From the NCBI GenBank assembly GCA_021605075.1, contig BPLQ01015363.1:835513-899512 (forward strand): 64,000 bases of DNA, given 5' to 3'. The DNA comes from Caerostris darwini (Eukaryota). A program made the position numbers and the translations under genes. The notes beneath the pieces were generated by a model. It was not told the origin of the DNA and did no database searches. It worked only from the letters and a program-made list of their open reading frames with translations. Positions 1 to 10,753 of this stretch are shown here, in pieces; position 1 is the first letter of the stretch; every line of letters starts with the position of its first letter.

Positions 1-449
1 TTGTTCCATTTGTATTTTAAGATGTTTCCATGTTTGTTGGGTTAATGTATAAGTTTTGTGAAGCTCATACGAATAAATGTAAATAATCTAAATTTTTTCA
101 TAAAGTATCTAAAAAATAAAAATATAATTATTATTTACAGCCTATTTTTACCTTAGACTTAAATGTAATATTTATAAAAATATAAAGTCGAAGTCGAAGA
201 CCAAAAAAGGCTGAAATATTTTGTACAAATGTTATTTATCACATCAAACTTTCGAATTTTATTTGAATCTGTAATTTCTATTCTTGTATAAATATTTTAT
301 ATAGAAATTAAAATTTAAAATAGAATATATGTAGGAATTATAAAACAATTTTTGTGAAAAAAAAGATTTTCAAAAAACTGGCGAGACAACTACTTCAAAG
401 TTTTCGTTTCAAACAGGAGTAAAAAAATTATTCTACTTAAATTCTGTAC

Positions 450-649
450 GAGAGCACAGGCCTTCATGTCGAACATAAATATTCTTCTTCTTTCTGCATG
501 AATCCACTCTCAACTGACATTCAGTATTGTAAGTGAAGCTATCACTTCCACACATTGGATTGTAATGTTCCTTGCAGTTTGTTGGGCACCTACAATTGGG
601 TCTACGATTTTCTTCGAAGCAATCACCGTTAAATTTGCAATGCTTCTTT
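450..649 (-). CDS. AGRN: Agrin-like exon 2: follistatin-like/Kazal domain with 10 Cys. Acceptor ttccag|AG at 655..650. The donor is inferred at GTACAG (449..448).
   Basis: Translation EPCEKKHCKFNGDCFEENRRPNCRCPTNCKEHYNPMCGSDSFTYNTECQLRVDSCRKKKNIYVRHEGLC has the Cys spacing of an FS/Kazal module. Its phase matches exon 1: G + AG = GAG. The 3' boundary is uncertain because the ORF hits a stop 16 nt further on. Confidence 0.6.
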
Positions 650-3600
650 TCACATGGCTCTGGAACATACAAAAGACAAAAACAAATATGTAAAACTAAT
701 AATGAATGAGTGGATTTTTAAGCATTATTGTATTTATACCACACAGTTGAATTCTCAGAGTAGAATCGAGTTACATATAATGGATCATTTTAAATATTAA
801 AACCATTTTTCAACTTATGCAGAAGAAGTAATACCAGGTAAATAGAAAGGGTAGGTCTTCTGATAAAATAGATATCTTTGACCCTGATACGATAAGAAGC
901 AATTCGCATTGTCGCAGTATAAGAAAAGATAAGGATTTATAGGACCACAACAAAGGGCAGATCATGATGACCACATTTCGAAACCTACCACAAAGACAAT
1001 TTTAATAACTATAAATTTTGACAGCTTTTCATGATTTACAGAAGTTAGCCCGTTAAAAGGTTGTCGAAGACTAGTTAAAACGTCTAACACAAAAAAAAGG
1101 CTTTGATTAGTTAAGAGCCATTGATGGACAGAGGATGCTTTATTGTTTGTTTGTCTGGATAGACGTGCTGAAGTGGTAGTCACAACCAAGAATTTTAATT
1201 AGTTATATGATAAATGTGTTATCCTTAATTACAGACATTTCTTCAATGGGATTAAGGAGCCATCATCGTCCCCTTTATATGCATATGCTCAATGAGATTC
1301 ACTGGCATAAGTACGTGTATTGGAAAGTAGTCATGTCCATTAGACTGCAGAGAAACATAAGACGGCTACGTGAATTTCAAGAATTTCGTTTTTCATTATA
1401 TCCAAGATATAATGAAAAACGATTTCTTAAAAAAACGTTTAAAATGATTTCATTATATAAGTTTTCCAACAGAAAACATTGAACAAAGAGTACAAGCATC
1501 AACATCACAGCAATACATTTGCAAGAACTAAGCCAACATCTGTTGCAATTATTAAGTTATATTCAACGAGCAACTTAAGCCACCAATTGAAGACATCAGT
1601 ACTTTTTCTAGCTACATTAGGAAGGCCTGATCTTATTAAACTGGTTTTAACATTCTGGCTAATTAGTGATTATATATATTCTTTAATCAAAAGAATAAAC
1701 ATTCCCTTTTTAATAATATAAATATAATTACCGTCGGTAATCGGTGGTCTTCTTCTGTATGGAATGCCTGTATGGAAAAAAATTGTAAATTATATACAAA
1801 TAACTCAAATATCATTTTTAAACGTCCAGCAATTATCTAAATAATGTTTAATAAAATAATTTTAGAAATTGTTTTATAAAAGAATATTGAAGAAATATAT
1901 TAAAATTTCAAATCATTTAAAATATAATTATCTTAGAAATTAAATTCCTTTTTATTTACTTATTAAGAAATACTTATGTTCTTTTATAATTATTTATAAA
2001 TATAATACTTATTAAATTATTTATATTATTTTACAAGGATTTGACAACAGTCGCAGTTCTGAATTAGTTGGCTGACTCGTGTCACCTGTAGGTGGAGTCA
2101 TGGTTTCTTTGATAGAACAATTGCAGAGTTTTGTCAACTCTGCAACGAGCAATTTAAAAAATGATAATTGATAAAAATGATAACCTCAGTTTCTCTATTT
2201 TCGGATTGGCTATGTGTATGATATCCAGGTCTTCTTTTATATATACACCATCTAATATAAAATATAATACACTATGAAGATATTGTATGATAAATATGAA
2301 AATTTCAGGCAATACGCAATTGCACAAGTTATGCAGATGATCCGAAATATAAGTTGTTCAAGTGATTATAGCTCGGGATTGAAGGAGAGGAAAAGGCGTA
2401 AAAAACAACAGTCGCAGCACACTTTCACCTAAGGAATCGAAAATTTCGATAAGTTCTAGGTTTCAAAAGACACATGTGGATTAAGAGATGTTTGGGCGAC
2501 GACACGAAATGCACATGCAGTCGGACTGAGCGAAGTCAGAATGAGCCAAATCAGATATCTACCTAAGGAGGATCCATTGCATCACAACCTGCCCCTTTCC
2601 CTCCCTCCATGAGTGGATTACTCATAGGATGTCCGTCCCGCACTGCAGGACACTGAGGATTAGAGACAACACAACATGATATAAGACAGTGGCTTTCCCA
2701 GAAAATATTTCTGTTTTATGATTAATAAAACACTTCACACCCAAAAAAGAATTTCATTGAGATTATCTGAGATAACTTAACCTGAAAAAGTTAAAATGAT
2801 AACTCCATTGAATAATTTCATTGAGAAAATGTAGTACTCCTTGCAACTAGTGGCGCTTCAAAAGATGTCCCATTCTGTAAATATTCATTAATATAAAGTA
2901 AACAATTTGAAATCGAAGTAATGCAGTTAATATACAGTATTTCAGTGATTAATAAGAGTGCTAAATTTTGTTTTTTGTTCTCCTGTGTTAACATATGAGG
3001 CAGAACTTAGTTGTTTTAATAATGTAGAAATTTAAATATAATCATAAAAAGGAAAATAATTTATTTGCTTTGATATGGTTTATATAAAAAGGGAGTTTGC
3101 ATAATATTATAAATAAGTATTATAATACTATAAAATATAAAGTAGAAGTTATAATAAAAGATACTTATATAAGTACTATAAGTACCATTTAAGTATTATA
3201 AGTATTTTTTATTATAAGTACTACTTTATATTTTATTATTATTTTACGAATAACAGTATTATATATATATATGCACACTGTAATTCAGTCATACATAGAT
3301 ATTTTATTAATTCGCCGTATTTTAAATCTTTATTAAAAATATTTTCTTCATTAGCTTGGTAATTTATTTTGTATTCAAGTGATTGCTCTCTTAAAATACA
3401 ACTTAAAATCAAATTATGATTAAAGTAAAATCTTAGTAAAAATTTTTACTTCTATAAATTTTGCATTGAAAGCAAATAATTCATTTAAAACTACTCCTAA
3501 TAAGGTTGTTATATTCTTACAAAGTCGAACAATTCAATAAATGCTTCATAAACTGCCATATCTCCAGCATGTAATAACATATGTTAATGAAGTATTTTTT

Positions 3601-4261
3601 TAAAAAAATAAAGCAATAAATCCTTCTTTCATCAGATAGTTCTGGTTTTTTCCAATTACTCAATGTTGAAGCAGTATGAATTCGTCCATGAAACAGCACG
3701 ATATGAAATAAAATGATTCGACTCCGTCGTCGTCTTTTCTTTCGCAATAGAATTGTGTCACACTATTAAAATTAAATATATCTTTCTCTGCTTTTTAAAT
3801 ATCTAATGTCTCTTTTTACCACAATTACAATAAATTAAACACTTTTATTTAATCAGAGATCATTTGATTTTCAACTGAAATTTATCTGCAGAAATTTACA
3901 ATGTATTTATCGAACTATTCGTCAAATTAGAATACAATCAACATGAAATTGCAAAAGTAAATGTAAAAGCTAAAAAGGATTTCAAACAAGATTGGGTATT
4001 AGTTGATAGAATATTATTTTATTTCTCCGCAATGAATTTTTAAGGATGACTGACAAAAAAAATTCATAATTGCTTGTGTAATATAGAACCCAATTTTTTA
4101 ATAACGATTACTTACTTTTTTTCAAAACTCGTTTAATGGGCAAATTCTGATTATAATAAGATGTAAAGATCGTAATCTGCGGATAATGTAATACTTATTC
4201 ATTACTGAAGATAATTTCACCTCCTGTTAAATTGAATTTCGTGAAATATAATCTTCAGCAT

Positions 4262-4543
4262 ACATAGTTTCATCAACATCATTATCATCATCGGTGGCAC
4301 AACAGCCCCATGGTGAACCAAGGTGGTTTGCCTGCTGGTAGATTTCTAGACAGGAGATGTTTCCTTTTACGGGCGTAGATTGTCAATACTACGCCCAATG
4401 CTCTACAGCCATATTAGACAGGGACATACGGTTTAAAGTGGATTCCCAACCCCTACAAACATCCATGGCACCGCAGGGACTCGAACCCGAAACCAGTGGT
4501 ACCAAGAGCCAGAGCGCTAGTCACTCGGCCATCAGGTCCTGCA
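4262..4543 (-). mobile_element. tRNA-derived SINE copy of the same family, in antisense orientation inside agrin intron 1, with a (GAT)n-like tail.
   Basis: The reverse complement of 4441..4543 matches the roughly 100-nt SINE head (GCAGGACCTGATGGCCGAGTGACTAGCGCTCTGG...GGTTCGAGTCC...TGCCATGGATGTTTGTAGGGGTTGGGAATCCACTTTAAACCGTATGTCCC). The plus-strand catcattatcatcatc stretch lies at the 3' end of the element. Confidence 0.65.
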
Positions 4544-5821
4544 TCCATAGTTTATTAATACTAAATACTAATGCTTCTAAAATCAAATCTATATATTTAT
4601 ATATAATTTATTTTGATTACTTTTTTTTTTATCTCATGAGGCGAATACCCATTTTCAGAGAAATTTATTTTTATAAACTTTTGCACAATGAATTTTTTTT
4701 AGTAAAAATTTATAGTTTCAGTTAGTCTACATTTTATTACATCGATTAGCCTGTAGTGCAAAAGATGAACTTTACACCGAAATTATACTTGAATTTTTAC
4801 ATTTAGTGTTATGTATAGCCAACTGGAATGCATCATTTGGTGCGTTTTTCAACGACACGTTATCGCAATCGTTATCGTTATATTTCAATCGAATTCAATT
4901 TTATACATCATTTGATAAAACATTTAAATATAAATGCATCATTTAGTGTGTTTTTCAGTGTAATTTTTTTTTCGCTTATTAAAAGAATAAAAATCAACAA
5001 CATTTTATATATCCCCTGATTCGAAATTCAATAATTATAACAGACATTAAAACATTTAGATTTATTAACTGCTCAAAACACTCTTTATTTTAACTTTGAT
5101 ATACTTAACTAATTTATATATAAAAAAACTACAATAATATACAAGACATCAGAAATTATCTTTTTCTTTAAAAATTTGACATTTTTCATTAATGCTAAAT
5201 TGATAATTGGCAATAAATTGAGTAACTTTTCCAGGTAAAATTATAGCAATTTAATTAAATTATATTTATGCTTTCATTCATTAAGGTATTTCATATAGAT
5301 TTCAGATTTATTTAACATTTTGAAGGTTTTTTTTTTTTTTTCTTACTCTTCATTCTTATTTATCACTTCAAAGAATACATTTTCTTAATTACTAATAATT
5401 TTATTATTAAAGACATTATAGAAATCAGAATCGCAAATCAACAATTTTAATGACTTTTTATAAATAGGGTTAGGGTGTCGACCAAAAAATTACTAACTTC
5501 TGACTCCCGACTACTGAGACGAATTTTTTATACCAACAACTTTTTTTTATACTGACTCTTTTCGGTAATTTTAAGAGCTATGATCTTTAATGATCGATTT
5601 AGTAAAATCTGTGAAATAAATTCAATGACTTTTATTGAACTAATATATTTAAAAAAACAGCTTTTTTTAAATGAAGTATTTTTAAAATTAACAAAACATT
5701 GAAACTATTTTAAAATAATGTGCAAACAAAACATTGGAAGTATTTTTAAATAACGTGAAAACAAAATATTTATAAAATTTTTTAATATTTTTAAAATTCT
5801 TGTAATCTAAATTTGTTTGCA

Positions 5822-5847
<26 letters not shown>
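5822..5847. repeat. (AT)n microsatellite.
   Basis: atatatatatatatatatatatatat. Confidence 0.9.
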
Positions 5848-5852
<5 letters not shown>

Positions 5853-5929
5853 AAAAACAACAGTGCCAAATGAGCAGCAAACAAAGCAAAAAAGGGTATC
5901 ACAAATTTTTGTTACGGTTTATTTCTATT

Positions 5930-5930
<1 letters not shown>

Positions 5931-5970
<40 letters not shown>
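5931..5970. repeat. (CT)11 followed by (AT)9 compound microsatellite.
   Basis: ctctctctctctctctctctctatatatatatatatatat. Confidence 0.9.
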
Positions 5971-6099
5971 GAACACGTAGTTTGTATGCTGCTAAATTAG
6001 CCAGCCACTTTCATTGCTAGTGGTTGTATTATTGAAGGATACAACTGAATGATTTCCTTAACATTTAATTTTAACCATAATTCCTAGAGTTTTGAAAAA

Positions 6100-6240
6100 A
6101 ATAAGATTCATTTTTATAAAAGACCCGGGAGACGGATTTTCAAACCGACTTCTGTCTCCATCTCCCGACTTCATCAGAAATGCTGGACTCCCGACTCCGA
6201 CTCCCCACCTCTCACTAGTACGCGCAATTATTTCCAAATA
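6100..6240 (+). repeat. Copy of a small dispersed repeat of about 140 bp. The second copy is inverted at 62270..62385, with a fragment at about 5470..5530.
   Basis: TTTTTATAAAAGACCCGGGAGACGGATTTTCAAACCGACTTCTG...CTCACTAGTACGCGCAATTA matches the reverse complement of 62270..62385 (TTTTTATAAAAACGGTTAGAGTCGGATTTTTAAACCGACTCC...CACTGCTAAAACGCGTAGATA). Confidence 0.6.
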
Positions 6241-6430
6241 TTTATTTTACAAGAGCTGGTGTAAAGAAAGCAAAATTTTTTTTATCTTTAGCATTTCTAT
6301 TCAAAATATTTTTTTAAAAATATGAAGATAGGCACAGGTTGCGTAGTTATATAACACAAGTATTCATTTAAACCTTTCTTAAAAATAGATTTGTTTAACT
6401 TTATTAAATGTGGAAGAAAAAAACCCTTAC

Positions 6431-6848
6431 CTTTTACTGTCGCAGTAATCTTGTCCAAGTTTGGTGCGTTAATTCTGATCGTACTTGAATTAAGTCGAAA
6501 TCTCCCTGTCTCTAACTGGCTTAGAAGAAATATTTTTGTATCTTTCACAATTACCTTACTGGTGCAAATATCAGAATTACCAAAACCTTCCACCAGAAGT
6601 GATTCCCCAGGACTCAAGTGATCTCCTTTGATCACTCTCTTCACCAACACCTCACCACTGTATAAATTATCCTGGCCGCTGTATAAACGTTTGACAGTAC
6701 CAGTCAGTACAACGTCTGCAGTACTTTCCCTCACTTTTAACCTTTCCTCGGGACATTCTCTAAATAAACGCCTCCGTCGAGCTGCTGAAGAATCGAACTG
6801 GAAAATAACCAACCCCAGCAACAGCAAATACGATTTACTCAAATGCAT
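6431..6848 (-). CDS. AGRN: Agrin-like first coding exon: signal peptide plus NtA (N-terminal agrin) domain. ATG at 6848..6846. Donor GTAAGG just below 6431, phase 1.
   Basis: The ORF translates to MHLSKSYLLLLGLVIFQF...CPEERLKVRESTADVVLTGTV...LLVEGFGNSDICTSKV..DTKIFLL...LNSSTIRI. Chick and human agrin NtA has CPERELQRREEEANVVLTGTV...ISGFGDPLIC...DTRIFFV...LNSSLMRI. A hydrophobic signal peptide follows the Met. A GTAAGG donor is present on the minus strand. Confidence 0.8.
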
Positions 6849-7130
6849 ATTGGACCGAAATAACATTATGTTTACAGCATCATTTCTGCTATGCCTCAAC
6901 GAAGCTGTAGAGGGGCACTTAAGGGACCTCCGCTGCTCTACAACCGATTAGGAATGAAGTTCAGATTGAAAGAAGTGGGTCGAAAACTTCGTAGTCTGCA
7001 CACCTGGAACCTGAACACTCTGCTGCTTTCAACGTTCCACCTACGATGAATCAGTAAAACCCGTCTTTAGCCTCAGGGTATGCCGTTTATGGTATACAGC
7101 ATTCGCAACTCATTTCATTTGCACCTGTCA
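6849..7130 (-). promoter_or_regulatory. Putative agrin 5'UTR and core promoter region: a relatively GC-richer block just upstream of the start codon.
   Basis: The base composition shifts to GC-richer immediately 5' of the ATG on the minus strand. No TATA box or Inr was confidently identified. Confidence 0.2.
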
Positions 7131-7203
7131 CAATTGATTCATTTATTTAGCATAAAAGGAATATTTTGAACAGAAATCGATTGGCAAACGACAGATAAAT
7201 ATG

Positions 7204-7990
7204 TAACAAGCTTATAATTAGGTAACACAATCTACGACCAACTGATGATACGTTAATTACCAGAATTCAATGAATAATTTCAGACTTATTCAATACCTTT
7301 ACATCGTAAACCCAACTAATTTGATATAACTATCTTTATTTACTTGTGGTAATTGCTTTATATTTTATTTTTAATCTAATATTAAAACGCAGTTTTATAA
7401 TTAGTAGAAATAACTTTAAATAAAAAAACTTCAGTCATATTCAGTTTCATCAAATAGTCGCAAGTATATATTTTTATTTTTAAAAAATTCAATTTTTTAT
7501 TTTATTTTAAATATATAAAACGTGGCAGATTGATCTACGTAAATAATTTTAAAAATTTTGCCAAACAATAAACTTTAGTTAATAAGTAACAAGCTTAAAA
7601 TTAGTAACAAGCTTATAAATAAGTAACAAGCTTACAATTTCGTAACAATTAGGTAACACAATCTACGACCAACTGATGAGACATTAATTACCAGAATTTA
7701 ATGAATAATTTCAAACCTACTCAGTATCTTTACATAGTAAAAGTAACTAGCTTGATAAAACTATCTTTTGTTTTTAATCAAATATTAGGACGCAATTTTA
7801 TAATTACTAAAAATAACTTTAAGTAAACTAACATCACTTATATTCAGTTTTATCGAATAGTAGCAAATAAATATTTTTATTTAAAAAAAAATCTATTTTT
7901 TTATTTTATTTTAAAATTATAAGAAATGTCAGATTGATCTACGCATATAATTTAAAAATTCTTGTCAAACAATAAACTTTAGTTAAATAT
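7204..7990. repeat. Tandem duplication of an about 410-bp unit (two copies, about 85-90% identical), 0.4-1.1 kb upstream of the agrin start codon. It contains short TAACAAGCTTA sub-repeats.
   Basis: TAACAAGCTTATAATTAGGTAACACAATCTACGACCAACTGATGATACGTTAATTACCAGAATTCAATGAATAATTTCAGAC... at about 7204 recurs at about 7626. Both units end ...CAAACAATAAACTTTAGTTAA. Confidence 0.75.
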
Positions 7991-8208
7991 CCAACTTCAC
8001 ACTCTTTTTACCATATTTAAATGAATAATTTTTAAGTAAAAAAATATTTTTAGTAAACCTTATTCGTCAATTTTACAGTAGGGAGATTTCATAAAAGCAG
8101 CAAACAGAATTAAAAATATGAAAAAAAATTATAGCTATTAAATATGGAAATCTGATTCAATAACAAATTCTTTTCAAACAAAATCGAATTGAAAAATCTT
8201 TATTTAAA

Positions 8209-8232
8209 TTTTTTTTTTTTTTTTTTTTTTTT
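8209..8232. repeat. Poly(T) tract, about 24 nt.
   Basis: Read directly from the sequence. Confidence 0.9.
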
Positions 8233-8813
8233 ATAAAAAAGGCATTTATTTAAAAAATAATTTTGTAAATTTCTTTTAAAAAACAAGATTGAATAAATCA
8301 GTTTTGACAATTTTTTAAAATAAAGTACATGGTAAAATGTAAAAAGAAAGAACTCAAATTACGACTATTATTATTATTAAATTGCGACTATTCGTATGGT
8401 TATTAGTTTAAACTTATACCTCGTATTTTTTAAACTATCTGCAACTTTAATGTGAGGTTTGAATCAGATAACTTCATTAATTATAACTTTCATTTTTTAA
8501 AAGGAACATTTTTTGTAATCTACAGCTTTGATTAGAATTATGTATGACTGTTCATGTTGCACTGTATAAGACTTAACTTTATATTCAAACTATTGAGTTT
8601 ATTCATTATTTGCTTCCCATGTAAGAAAATTGCATTCTAATTTATCCGATATTTGAACTTTTCTTTTTAGCATTAACTCTACAATGGTGAAGACCTTTTG
8701 TTTATAAGCACCATCACTTCTCTTTAATTGTTTTAACGATCATTTTATTGAAAAAAAATAACAAGAAAGAATATATTAGAAATAAATATTAGAATAGAAT
8801 ATATTTGAATATA

Positions 8814-9276
8814 CAGAGTGATTATAATTAAAGTCCCACTTTCAAATTGCTGTAAAAAAAGAAACACTCGTCACAATGAGTTCAAATTTGAACTGAAGAT
8901 ACTTGAAGAAAGGGGGAACGGTATTGCATAAAAAAAAGCTCCACCGATTTTTCCCATCCAATTTGTTATGACCTTACCATGGTGGATGGATGAGCTTTCC
9001 ACTAACAGTGTCACAACTGTTGGAAGTAATTTTTCCCGTCAAAAAACCGAAACAATCAAGCACATTGATCACTACAGTTGGTTTAATGTACAACTCATAC
9101 CAATCATTGTACTTTCGATTCAAAATCCACTTTCTTTATGCCACTTACAGCGCCATCTATTAACGCACTTTGGAACTTTTTTGACGCCGTACCGTTTCCC
9201 CCTTCTTCAAGTATCTTCAGTTCAAATTTGAACTCATTGTGACAAGTGATTACTGACTTTAATTATAATCACCCTG
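8814..9276. mobile_element. MITE, about 463 bp, with about 110-bp TIRs beginning CAGAGTG/CAGGGTG and flanked by a TA duplication. It is a non-autonomous Tc1/mariner-type element.
   Basis: 8812 TA|CAGAGTGATTATAATTAAAGTCCCAC...CACAATGAGTTCAAATTTGAACTGAAGATACTTGAAGAAAGGGGGAAC is the reverse complement of ...GTTTCCCCCTTCTTCAAGTATCTTCAGTTCAAATTTGAACTCATTGTGACA...TTAATTATAATCACCCTG|TA at 9278. The terminus resembles that of the transposase relic at 24476. Confidence 0.75.
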
Positions 9277-10342
9277 TATATTCAACGCTTATCGCATGCT
9301 ATGTACTGCAATAAAGCAAATCTATTGCACCGTATTTAAAATCACCCTGTACGAAATATTTTTAAAATCTTTCTATTTTAGCCTCTTTAAATAAAAATCT
9401 ACGTGTGAAAAAAGATTTTCAAACAGAGATATTTCGAATTTATTTTGAAAATCATCCAAGAGAATTATTTTGTTATATTTACGTAAATTTCACTAAATGA
9501 ATTCTTCCGTTTGCATTGGAAATAGAAAATATGTTTTTCTGTTTCTTTAAACTAGTTATTATGAAAAAAAAAAAAAATAAAGTAGGTCAGGCGTTCGGCA
9601 TAAAACAAGACAAATTTTAATTTCTATGTAGAAATTAATATAACTTGACTATTTATCATTTTGTGTTTTATCTTATAAAAAAATTTGAATACAATTTTTA
9701 AAAAATTAATTTATCTTTCTTTAAAAAGAAACACAAAATTTGTATCGAAATTTTGCCCTCATAAAATGATTTTAAAAATGAAACAACTGAAAGAAATGTT
9801 AAAATACACAGTGAAATAATTTTTTATATGTGCTTTCAGGTAAAATAATTTTTAACCCAGGATGTAAATACAATCCTTTCAAGTTACATGTAATAAAAAC
9901 GAGAAAGATAATTTACTTTCTAATATAAATTATCTATTTATTTTCTAATATAATTTTCTTTATGTAAATTATCTTCTTAAATATAATATATATAACTAAT
10001 AATGATTTACTTTCTTGTTTTTATTACATGATAATAAAAACGAAGAAAGTAATTCATTGCATCATATCTCTTGTGCCTTTTTGTTATAAATTCACAATCA
10101 ATGTCTTTTTACTATGGTAAATTTAATACACAATAATTATGTATAAACATAATAATGCACAAAATTTTAAATATGCTTTTCATCTAAAGAACTTCATCCG
10201 AGGCAAATCATGTCAAAATCATTCTATTCTAATCGAACCTTTACACATACTATCAGATATTAATACCGTCAATTATGAAACTTTTAATATATTAAGAAAA
10301 CTACAATCTTAAATGCGTAATAAAAATTTGAAATTTGAAATA

Positions 10343-10460
10343 GCCAACGGCCGTACCATGCTGAATATACCGGTTCTCGTTAGATCACCGAAGTTAAGCA
10401 TCATTGGACGCGGTCAGTACTTGGGTGGGTGACCACCTGGGAAAACTGCGTGCCGTTGGC
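10343..10460 (+). rRNA. Full-length 5S rRNA sequence (118 nt). It is a gene or a retroposed copy and has no downstream T4+ terminator.
   Basis: The sequence is GCCAACGGCCGTACCATGCTGAATATACCGGTTCTCGTTAGATCACCGAAGTTAAGCATC...GGGTGGGTGACCACCTGGGAAAACTGCGTGCCGTTGGC. It aligns along its whole length to arthropod 5S rRNA. The helix I ends are fully complementary (GCCAACGGC / GCCGTTGGC) and the conserved CCGAAGTTAAGC box is present. It is followed by AAATTTGGG, not a T-run. Confidence 0.7.
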
Positions 10461-10467
10461 AAATTTG

Positions 10468-10753
10468 GGACCTGAATGGTGGCCGAGTGTCTAGCGCTCT
10501 GGCGCTCGGTGCCACAGGTTTCGGGTTCGAATCCCGGCGGTGCCATGGATGTTTGTAGTGGTTCGGAATCCACTTTAAGCCGTAGGTCCCGGTCTCCTAT
10601 GACTGTAAGAGCGTCACGGAGCAAAAGTCAGGCTTCTACCTACGGGTGCTCCATCACAACAGAAGCTGCTTCCTTCCCCTTCAATCATGAGTCCATATGG
10701 GCTTGTGGGCTTGGCCAGCCAAGTGGGATAAGAAACAACAAACAACAAAAAAA
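10468..10753 (+). mobile_element. tRNA-derived SINE copy. It has Pol III A and B boxes and a (AACAA)n/A-rich tail. It lies directly downstream of the 5S sequence.
   Basis: The head GGACCTGAATGGTGGCCGAGTG.CTAGCGC...GGTTCGAATCCCGGCGGTGCCATGGATGTTTGTAGTGGTTCGGAATCCACTTTAAGCCGTAGGTCCCGGTC is shared with the copies at 4262..4543 and 61340..61625. It ends in AAACAACAAACAACAAAAAAA. Confidence 0.7.

Noticed and set aside
2400-2700. Locally GC-richer block in agrin intron 1 (GGCGACGACACGAAATGCACATGCAGTCGG...), considered as a possible exon or conserved element.
   Set aside because: There is no open frame with splice sites and no similarity to agrin domains. It cannot be distinguished from a TE fragment without comparative data.
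4357-4725. 122-aa ORF, together with ORFs 10394..10624 and 10476..10775.
   Set aside because: They read through tRNA-derived SINE copies. The peptide DSQPLQTSMAPQGLEPETSG is just the translated SINE head, not protein-coding sequence.
6391-6951. Plus-strand ORFs 6391..6621 and 6628..6951.
   Set aside because: They are antisense to the well-supported agrin NtA exon and are spurious mirror-frame ORFs.
8968-9231. 87-aa ORF.
   Set aside because: It lies wholly inside the MITE, between its TIRs, and shows no similarity. It is a chance ORF.
10468-10545. tRNA-like sequence, considered as a possible tRNA gene.
   Set aside because: The A and B boxes are present. But the sequence continues into a conserved SINE body with a tail, recurs in dispersed copies and lacks a proper acceptor-stem closure and a nearby terminator. 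It is a SINE head, not a tRNA gene.
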